From: Candidatus Saccharimonadota bacterium
GTDB taxonomy: Archaea > Micrarchaeota > Micrarchaeia > Micrarchaeales > Micrarchaeaceae
Assembly (NCBI GenBank): GCA_021654395.1
Contig: AP024486.1
Span: 780,001-812,000 of the forward strand
DNA length: 32,000 nucleotides
Reading direction: 5' to 3'
In this document: piece after piece, positions 16,351 through 23,358 of the stretch
Layout of the letters: each line of letters opens with the position of its first letter
How positions within the stretch are numbered: position 1 is the stretch's first letter
Notes under the pieces: model-generated
Database searches by the model: none
Told to the model about the DNA's origin: nothing
What the model saw: only the letters and a program-made list of their open reading frames with translations
Made by a program: the position numbers and the translations under genes

Positions 16351-17044
16351 GCCTTGCTCCAGCATCTACAGGTATTACTGCACCATCTATAGCGTAGCTT
16401 TCCTCTGATAGTAGAAAAGAGATTACATCTGCAATAAGCTCTGGCTTTAGAGTCTCTGAAGCTAGCTTAATATCTGCTCTGTAATCTCTTTCTGGCTTAA
16501 AGTCAAAAGAGATTGATAGAGGAGCAACACAGTTTACTCTTACGTTCTTTTCTATGAATATAGCTGCAAGATTCTCAGTTAACTTAGCTACTGCTGCCTT
16601 TATTGAGGAGTATAAGAATGCATCCTCAGCGAATCTATATGTACCTGCTATAGAGGAGACTAAGACTATAGAAGATCCGCTCTTTATTCTATCCTTCAAA
16701 GCCTTTATTGTATTTATTGGTGCTTTAAGATTCGGATCTATAAGAAAGCTAAAATCGCTATCTTCTATACTATCTAGACTTGTCTCTTTATAGTTGCCTA
16801 CTGTAAGAACTAAAGCATCAATCTCTTTTATATCTGATAGAGCTTCGCTTAACTCTTTGTGATTAGATGCGTCTGCTTTAATATAATCTATACTTCCATA
16901 CTTACTTAGACTCTCTTTTATCTCCTTAAGCTTATTCTCGCTTCTTGCAAGTATATAGACCTTATAACCTTCCTTAAGGAGCTTGTATGCTACTGCTGAG
17001 CCTAATCCAGGCCCAACACCAACCACTAATGCTATCTTCTGCAT
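16340..17044 (-). CDS. Short-chain dehydrogenase/reductase (SDR) family oxidoreductase
   Basis: N-terminal Rossmann motif VVGVGPGLGSAVA, catalytic YSSIKAAV (YxxxK), preceding Ser (VSSIAG). 234 aa. Confidence 0.85.
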   Translation of the reverse strand: MQKIALVVGVGPGLGSAVAYKLLKEGYKVYILARSENKLKEIKESLSKYGSIDYIKADASNHKELSEALSDIKEIDALVLTVGNYKETSLDSIEDSDFSFLIDPNLKAPINTIKALKDRIKSGSSIVLVSSIAGTYRFAEDAFLYSSIKAAVAKLTENLAAIFIEKNVRVNCVAPLSISFDFKPERDYRADIKLASETLKPELIADVISFLLSEESYAIDGAVIPVDAGARLKL

Positions 17045-17086
17045 AGATGAAGCTTAATTTTAATAGTATAAAAATACTTTATCTAA

Positions 17087-17124
17087 TTTGTATTTACTAT
17101 ACTACTTTGTATTTACTATACTAC
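17087..17124. repeat. Perfect tandem direct repeat, 2 x 19 bp (TTTGTATTTACTATACTAC)
   Basis: Read directly: copy 1 at 17087-17105, copy 2 at 17106-17124. Lies in the intergenic region between the 3' end of the 391-aa orphan and the start of the SDR gene, upstream of that gene's TATA-like TTTTTATACT. Confidence 0.95.
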
Positions 17125-17165
17125 ATAGTCTGATTCCATATACTTTACAGATTTCTAAAAGTATT

Positions 17166-18341
17166 TCATTGAGAGCCTTCATCTTCGATTTTATCTAGAA
17201 GCTTCTTGAAATTCTTCAGATATAAATCAAGTGTATCTTTTTCCATTTTACCTTCAATTACATTATTTATACACTTTCCATATATAGCAACAAGTATCTC
17301 CTTAAAACGATCTATATCCTCTCGCTCGGCTTCTTTAGATAAGGCTCTAAGGCTCTTGAGTAATAAGCTCAAAGTACTCATTGTTATAGTTTTAGTATTA
17401 AAGGCTGCTTCTATATCCTCATTTAGTTCTATTTTACCATGTGTCGTAATAGAGCCTAAAACAGGTATTTTGTATGTTGTCTCTTCATCAGGTTGAGATT
17501 TATTTACTACTGATTCGTATACCTTAGCTATTACTGATTTAGCTCCATTATTATCAATTTCTCCTAGTATAAATATACGATCTACACAAGCTGATAAGGG
17601 AGTTATCATATTAATAAAATCTTTAAAGCTTACCTGATCAGATCTTATTAGCAATGAATCTGCTATATCTACGACTTTACCCAAATACTCCTCAAGCTTC
17701 TCTCTCTTTATGTTAAGTGCACTGTTTTTATAGAATGTATAAAGCAATGAAAATAACTTTATTGTATCGAGTAAAGAATCCTTATCTATATCTCCAACTT
17801 TAAATTTCAATGGTAATACATCATTATTATCATCTGACCTTATCTCTTGTTTTACTTTTTGTTCAGTAGGATTGAGATAGCCGTATACCTTGTCAAAAAA
17901 CTCGTATGTCGTATCTTTGTCAAAAGCTGCAATAAGATTCTCTAAGTTACTATACCCTTTTGGATTACTAGCTATTCTAACTGCATATCTTGCATATACA
18001 AATGGAGGTAAGATATAAGATCTATATAAAGCTTCTATTATCTTTGATAATAAATCTAAATTGTCTATATTATTAACATTCTTATTTATTATATCTAATA
18101 CTATATTAAGCTTGTTTGGATCTCTTGAGAGATCCATCCTTGTCTCATCTCCTATTATATACTGGAAACGAGGCCCGACACACTCAATTATTCCCGATAT
18201 ATTAGGATTCGATTTTGCTGCTGACCAAGAAGAGTCATCAAATCCGCACAATAATTGTTTTATATTCAGATATCTGTAGAGCTCCTCAAGTGATAGCTCA
18301 CTATTAATACCTTCTTTATTAGCTTCTTTGTTAACGGACAA
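17166..18341 (-). CDS. Hypothetical protein (391 aa), orphan, composition suggests mostly helical
   Basis: Long ORF with a TTG start, flanked by ~100-120 nt non-coding spacers on both sides. By eye, Lys is mostly AAA here, whereas neighbours prefer AAG. No recognisable catalytic or binding motif. Confidence 0.65.
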   Translation of the reverse strand: MSVNKEANKEGINSELSLEELYRYLNIKQLLCGFDDSSWSAAKSNPNISGIIECVGPRFQYIIGDETRMDLSRDPNKLNIVLDIINKNVNNIDNLDLLSKIIEALYRSYILPPFVYARYAVRIASNPKGYSNLENLIAAFDKDTTYEFFDKVYGYLNPTEQKVKQEIRSDDNNDVLPLKFKVGDIDKDSLLDTIKLFSLLYTFYKNSALNIKREKLEEYLGKVVDIADSLLIRSDQVSFKDFINMITPLSACVDRIFILGEIDNNGAKSVIAKVYESVVNKSQPDEETTYKIPVLGSITTHGKIELNEDIEAAFNTKTITMSTLSLLLKSLRALSKEAEREDIDRFKEILVAIYGKCINNVIEGKMEKDTLDLYLKNFKKLLDKIEDEGSQ

Positions 18342-18364
18342 TGATTAGATTAGTGATCAATATG

Positions 18365-18372
18365 ATATAAAA
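18365..18372 (-). promoter_or_regulatory. TATA-box-like element (TTTTATAT in AAAGCTTTTATATC) 24-31 nt upstream of the TTG start at 18341
   Basis: Sequence and spacing fit an archaeal BRE/TATA. It is preceded on the minus strand by a T-rich stretch (CTTTTATTTTTATT) right after the nrdJ stop, which could terminate nrdJ transcription. Confidence 0.35.
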
Positions 18373-18442
18373 GCTTTACTATTTTACTAATAGACAATTA
18401 GAGTAATTTTAATAAAAGATCAATAAAAATAAAAGCTGCCTA

Positions 18443-20818
18443 TCATTCGCACTTTGTATATCCACAGGTCTTGCATATATAACAGCCATTCTCTCTAACT
18501 AATGTCTTATTATGACATTCAGGGCATACTGCTAATCCTGGTAAGTCATCCTCGTTGCTTTTTTGGTTATCTGCCACTTCTATCTCTAATGTTCTATTAG
18601 GGCTTTTAAGTTCTACATCTGTATTAATCTTATTTGCTGCTCTTATGCTTATTATCTCTTCTAATGCCTTAGCAACTGCATCTGGTATGCTGTATATCTT
18701 GTTGCCCTCATTCCACATTACGTAGTTGCTTCTTATTCCTTTTAAGCTCCTTATAATCTCTTTTATATCTCCTCCTTCCTGCAAGTATTTGCTTATTACT
18801 CTGCCTAATGCCTCTGCATATGACTTCTCTTCTGAGCCTGCTTTACCTATATCTATAAATACCTCTACTATGTTACCATCTCTATCAAAGTTCGCTGTTA
18901 CATATAAAGTTCCTTGTTGAACTTTCTCCTTTACTGTTATTCCTATCAGCATCTTTGGTCTCTCCCAGTTAAAGCTCTTCTTTTGAATCTTTGCTGGCTC
19001 TTGCTCTTTCTTGTTTTCTTGCTCTTTCTTCTTTGCTTGCTCCTCTGTTATCAATACTCCTTCTCTTGATCCTTCTCTATAGACTGTTATTCCTTTACAT
19101 CCATACTTCCATGCAAGCATATATATCTTTGCAACGTCTTCAACTGTTGCTGTCTCTGGCAGATTTACTGTTGATGATATAGCTGCATCTATGTGCTTCT
19201 GTATTGTTGCTTGCATCAAAACTCTAAACTCTGGATTTATCTTATGCGCCTCTATGAAGTAATCTGGAAGCTTTGACTCATCATCAATTCCAAACTTCTC
19301 CATATACTGCTTTACTAAAGGATGATAAACCTTAAAGAACTCTTTACTTAAGCTCTCGCTTCTTCTTGTATAGCTGAATGCAAATATAGGCTCTATACCA
19401 GAGCTTGTTCCTGATAAGACTGCTCCTGATCCTACAGGAGGTATTGTTAATACAGCAACATTCCTTAATCCATATCTTCTAATACCTTCTTTTACTTCAT
19501 CATTTAGTCTCTCTTTTACGAATGGCATACTTAAATGCTTCTCTGCATCAAATAGCTCAAATGAGCCCTTCTCTTTTGCTAGCTCTATACTTGCAAGATA
19601 TGCCCTTGTCTTTATTCTATCAAATAATTTATCAACAAATGCTATTGCTTCTTGAGTATCATACTTTATTCTTAGCTTTGCAAGCATATCTGCTAATCCT
19701 GTAACTCCTAATCCTATCCTTCTTGCCTTCCTTGCTGCCTCTGTCTGCTCCTTTAATGGATGTTTGTCCATGTTATATTCTAATACATCATCTAAGAATC
19801 TCACTCCATATTCTACAACTTTGTCTAAAAGATCCCAATCAAACTCTGCATTATCTTCAAATGGATTCTTTACAAAGTAAGATAGGTTTATGTTTCCTAA
19901 GTCGCAAGCTCCATAAGGCTGCAACGGCTGCTCAGAGCAAGGATTTGTTGTTATTATATTCATTCCATTATACTCGCTTGGACTGTATCTCTTCATTGTA
20001 TCCCAGAAGATTAAGCCTGGCTCCGCCCAATCTCTTGCGCTCTTAACAAGCTCATTCCATAGCTCTCTTGCTCTTATCTTTCTTTCAATTCTTCCAACAA
20101 TTTCATTTTCAAATCTTAATGTAAACTCTTTATCTTCTTCTACTGCTTTCATGAATTCATCTGTTACCTTAACGCTTATGTTTGCATATCTTACTTGATT
20201 AAGATTTCTTTTAACAGTTATAAAGTCAAAGATATCTGGATGGCTTACATCTATTGTTATCATTAATGCACCTCTTCTGCCTTGCTGTCCTATAACTCCT
20301 GTTGTCTCGCTGAATAGATTCATAAATGATACTGCTCCTGTTGATGTTAATGCTGCGTTATGCACAGGAGAGCCTTTTGGTCTTAGTATGCTTATATCTA
20401 CGCCGCATCCTCCTCCATAGCTGTATGTTCTTGCTGCCTCTTTGCACCAGTCAAAGATACCTTCTATGCTGTCTTCTTTTATAGGTATTACATAGCAGTT
20501 TAGCAGCGTAACTTTTCTATCTTCTAAGCCAGCTCCGAACATTATTCTACCTCCTGGAACGAACTTAAAGTCTTCTAATAGCCAATAAAACTTCTGCTCC
20601 CATTCTGCTCTTCTCTGAGCATCTGGCTCTGCAGAGGCTATAGCCTTTGCAATTCTATGCCACATCTCTATAGGAGTTTTCTCAAGAATATTATTGTTTC
20701 TATCTCTCTTTGCATACTTTTCGTAGAAAACTCTTGCTCTTATCTCATCACCGTTAAAGAAGGATAGAGTTTCTTCAGGTAGATCCTTAGATTTAGAAAT
20801 TGCTTCTTCCATAACCAC
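18443..20818 (-). CDS. nrdJ: Class II (adenosylcobalamin-dependent) ribonucleoside-triphosphate/diphosphate reductase with C-terminal zinc ribbon
   Basis: Active-site TNPCSEQPLQPYGACDLGNINL, plus SISVKVTDEFM-type and GGGCGVDIS motifs. C-terminal CPECHNKTLVRENGCYICKTCGYTKCE. AGGTG SD-like element 6 nt upstream of the ATG. Confidence 0.95.
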   Translation of the reverse strand: MVMEEAISKSKDLPEETLSFFNGDEIRARVFYEKYAKRDRNNNILEKTPIEMWHRIAKAIASAEPDAQRRAEWEQKFYWLLEDFKFVPGGRIMFGAGLEDRKVTLLNCYVIPIKEDSIEGIFDWCKEAARTYSYGGGCGVDISILRPKGSPVHNAALTSTGAVSFMNLFSETTGVIGQQGRRGALMITIDVSHPDIFDFITVKRNLNQVRYANISVKVTDEFMKAVEEDKEFTLRFENEIVGRIERKIRARELWNELVKSARDWAEPGLIFWDTMKRYSPSEYNGMNIITTNPCSEQPLQPYGACDLGNINLSYFVKNPFEDNAEFDWDLLDKVVEYGVRFLDDVLEYNMDKHPLKEQTEAARKARRIGLGVTGLADMLAKLRIKYDTQEAIAFVDKLFDRIKTRAYLASIELAKEKGSFELFDAEKHLSMPFVKERLNDEVKEGIRRYGLRNVAVLTIPPVGSGAVLSGTSSGIEPIFAFSYTRRSESLSKEFFKVYHPLVKQYMEKFGIDDESKLPDYFIEAHKINPEFRVLMQATIQKHIDAAISSTVNLPETATVEDVAKIYMLAWKYGCKGITVYREGSREGVLITEEQAKKKEQENKKEQEPAKIQKKSFNWERPKMLIGITVKEKVQQGTLYVTANFDRDGNIVEVFIDIGKAGSEEKSYAEALGRVISKYLQEGGDIKEIIRSLKGIRSNYVMWNEGNKIYSIPDAVAKALEEIISIRAANKINTDVELKSPNRTLEIEVADNQKSNEDDLPGLAVCPECHNKTLVRENGCYICKTCGYTKCE

Positions 20819-20887
20819 ACCTAAAAGATTTTAGCTAATAAACAAATAAAAATACTTTTGGTAATAAAATTACTATCTATATCTATC

Positions 20888-20916
20888 AAGGCTTCAAATA
20901 CAAAGCCTTTTAAAAA
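20888..20916 (-). terminator. Candidate terminator after the aglH-like gene: T5 run followed by a perfect 7-bp hairpin (AAGGCTT-N8-AAGCCTT)
   Basis: Read directly: stem at 20888-20894 / 20903-20909, T5 (minus strand) at 20912-20916, located 26-54 nt downstream of the stop at 20942. Confidence 0.35.
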
Positions 20917-20941
20917 GATTTATAATACCTACTCTAAAGAG

Positions 20942-21997
20942 CTAGTAAACTATATGCAGCATCTTTAATGTAAATCCTAGAATTACAAATAGTATCTCAA
21001 CTATCCAAAAGTATGCAGACACCTCCCATTCTTTACATCTCTTAAGATTCATTATCAGATGTGTCCAGCTGTATATCTTTTTACCATAAGGTGGTCTAAA
21101 GGTTCCATCATCATTAAGCTTGCCGAGATCAGTAACATCGAATCTCTTCAGCAGATGCCATATAAACTCTATAATCCATGGTATAAATATTACTAATGCA
21201 AAAGACTCCATATTTGATATTATTGCAATCTCTGCAAATGCACCTCCAAAAGCTAAAGTAAAGCTATCACCGGGTATGATCTTAGATCTATATAGATTAA
21301 AGATAAAGAATGGTATTAGAGATCCAGTCATTACTGCACTTAGTAGTAAACCAGTGTAATTATGCTCTAATGCGGCATATATTAGAAATGCACTACTTAA
21401 TATTAATGCTGAACCTGTTGCTAATCCGTCAAATCCTCCTAAAAGATTAAACGCATTTGATGCAAATATAACTGCAAGAGGCACTATAACTAATGGAAAT
21501 ATATAGCCAAGATTAACGAAGCCTATAAATGGTATAAAGATAGTCTCTACTCTTATACTATTTATGAAGACTACAAATGGAATAGATGCTATAAATACCA
21601 GTAATGGCTTGTACTTCTGCCTAACTCCTTTCCTTTTATCAAGCATACCTGTAGATTTTACAAAGGTCTTTCTTACATTGAGATCATCTATAAAGCCAAC
21701 TAAGGAGAGTAACGTTATTGATAATGTAACTGCAAATATATAGTTTATCTTTATTAATGGTGTATATAAACCAGAGGTAACACCAAATATATAGGAGGAT
21801 AAAGCAAGTATTATTGCTATAGGTAATACTATACCTAAGCCAGAAGGAAGCTCTGGCTTATCCTCTTTATTGTGATCAACAGCTATAACTCCAGCATCGC
21901 GCATATACTCCATTACGGCTTTTATTCCAACATATGATGCTATAAATGCTATTATGAATGGAACTACTAGAGTTAGATGTAATCCAAAGTGAGCCAT
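20942..21997 (-). CDS. aglH: Glycosyltransferase family 4 polyprenyl/dolichyl-phosphate N-acetylhexosamine-1-phosphate transferase (AglH/WecA/MraY family)
   Basis: About 10 TM spans, GFIDDLN (Mg-binding DDxx), SNAFNLLGGFDGLATG signature. 351 aa. Confidence 0.85.
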   Translation of the reverse strand: MAHFGLHLTLVVPFIIAFIASYVGIKAVMEYMRDAGVIAVDHNKEDKPELPSGLGIVLPIAIILALSSYIFGVTSGLYTPLIKINYIFAVTLSITLLSLVGFIDDLNVRKTFVKSTGMLDKRKGVRQKYKPLLVFIASIPFVVFINSIRVETIFIPFIGFVNLGYIFPLVIVPLAVIFASNAFNLLGGFDGLATGSALILSSAFLIYAALEHNYTGLLLSAVMTGSLIPFFIFNLYRSKIIPGDSFTLAFGGAFAEIAIISNMESFALVIFIPWIIEFIWHLLKRFDVTDLGKLNDDGTFRPPYGKKIYSWTHLIMNLKRCKEWEVSAYFWIVEILFVILGFTLKMLHIVY

Positions 21998-22052
21998 AAG
22001 TATCTTAAAAGATTTTATTATTCCTATTAATAGTAAAAGCTTATATTAATCT

Positions 22053-22745
22053 ATGATATTTATGAAGGAGTTTCTTATTGTTGCACATAGAGGTGCAAGC
22101 GCTTATGCAAAAGAGAATACTTTAGAGGCTTATAGACTTGCTATAGAGCAGCATGCAAATGCTATAGAGATAGATGTAAGACTTACAAAGGATAACAAAG
22201 CAATATGCTTCCATGATGAAACATTAAGATCGTTTGGCATTAATATGAAGCCAGAGGAGATAATGCTTGATTCTATAAAAGATCTTATAGAAAATGATGA
22301 GATTGCTTTATTAGATGACGCTTTAGATCTGATAAGAGATAAGACATATGTACTATTTGATGTTAGAGATGATAAGGTAGCTGGGTATATCTTAGATAGT
22401 ATAAGCAAGAATGAGCTTAAGAGAGTATATATAATAAGTGGAAGAGACTATATTCTTAAAGAAGTAAGAGAGCTAGATGATAAAGTAAAGCTCGGCTTTT
22501 GGTATTTCAGATATAGCAACTTAATTAATCTTATAGAAGAGCTTAATATAGAGCTTATAAAGCCAAATTATAGAGTATGCCATAAGAACGATATAGAAAG
22601 GTTTCATAAGCTAAATAGAAAGGTATTAACATGGGTTATAAATAACAAAGAAGACATGCAGAGATTTATTGAATATGGAATAGATGGAATAGTTACTGAC
22701 GATCCAAAGCTACTATACAATACATTAAGACAAACTCTATTGTAA
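22053..22745 (+). CDS. Glycerophosphodiester phosphodiesterase (GDPD family)
   Basis: IVAHRGASAYAKENTLEAYRLAIEQHANAIEIDVRLTKDNKAICFHDETL is the canonical GDPD N-terminal HRG...EN(T/S)...E(I/L)DV...HD pattern. C-terminal GIDGIVTDDP. Confidence 0.85.
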   Translation: MIFMKEFLIVAHRGASAYAKENTLEAYRLAIEQHANAIEIDVRLTKDNKAICFHDETLRSFGINMKPEEIMLDSIKDLIENDEIALLDDALDLIRDKTYVLFDVRDDKVAGYILDSISKNELKRVYIISGRDYILKEVRELDDKVKLGFWYFRYSNLINLIEELNIELIKPNYRVCHKNDIERFHKLNRKVLTWVINNKEDMQRFIEYGIDGIVTDDPKLLYNTLRQTLL

Positions 22746-23357
22746 CTGCTTTATAACTGTCTCAGTGACATTATATAATATGCTGCTTGCTTGTGTAGCA
22801 GATGAGTTATATCTATTAGATGATACTGTTGCAGTAATTAGATATCTATTTATCAAAGAAGTTACGGAGTAATATTCAGAACCCGCGATTAATAATTTAA
22901 ATCCAGTTGTTCTTTGTGCTAATGGTATTGTTATATTAAAAGGCATTATTGTAGAGTTATATGTAACATTCGATATATTTTCAAATGCTTTTAATGATTC
23001 ATTGTTATTATTATATTTTATTACTCTTAAAATTAAAGAATAATTAGATGCATTGTATATATCTAATTCTCCATATAATGATCCATTATTTAAACCACTT
23101 GGTATCATTGATTGACTTAAAACATTAAATTGAGTTCTATTTAATAAACCAAACGCCTTTGGAGGATCATATATATAATTGCTAGTATTAGTTATGTTGC
23201 TTGATATAGTAGTTGTTGTAATTTTTGTAGATGTAGTATAAATTGTTGTTGAAATTTTGTTTTGATTTATACTTTTAAATGCATATAAAGCCGCTAGCAA
23301 TATTATTACTATTATTAAGACTATAATTATTATTGATTTATTATTCATATTCATCAT
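22737..23357 (-). CDS. Hypothetical N-terminally anchored/secreted protein, Thr-rich and sequon-rich, co-oriented downstream of the 462-aa pilin-like gene
   Basis: MMNMNNKSIIIIVLIIVIILLAALYAF is a signal/anchor helix, followed by TTIYTTSTKITTTTISSNITNTSN and many N-x-S/T sequons. The track ORF starts at 23384. I prefer ATG at 23357, which forms an ATGA overlap with the frame-B stop of the upstream gene. Confidence 0.6.
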   Translation of the reverse strand: MMNMNNKSIIIIVLIIVIILLAALYAFKSINQNKISTTIYTTSTKITTTTISSNITNTSNYIYDPPKAFGLLNRTQFNVLSQSMIPSGLNNGSLYGELDIYNASNYSLILRVIKYNNNNESLKAFENISNVTYNSTIMPFNITIPLAQRTTGFKLLIAGSEYYSVTSLINRYLITATVSSNRYNSSATQASSILYNVTETVIKQLQ

Positions 23358-23358
23358 C

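Noticed and set aside
17045-17135. Possible C/D-box sRNA (AGATGAA ... CTGA) in the orphan/SDR intergenic region
   Set aside because: The putative C box deviates from RUGAUGA. There are no internal C'/D' boxes or terminal stem. The spacing (about 88 nt) is long for archaeal C/D sRNAs. The region is better explained by the tandem 19-bp repeat and the SDR promoter.
19000-19030. 13-nt direct repeat CTTGCTCTTTCTT (19000-19012 and 19018-19030) inside nrdJ
   Set aside because: It is an in-frame duplication encoding KKEQE-N-KKEQE within a Lys/Glu-rich surface linker of the reductase. It is ordinary low-complexity coding sequence with no sign of an intein or insertion element.
18726-20046. Four + strand ORFs (60-107 aa; Leu/Ser/Pro-rich) within the nrdJ region
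   Set aside because: All lie antisense to a gene with unmistakable class II RNR motifs, and their translations are low-complexity. They are typical shadow ORFs.
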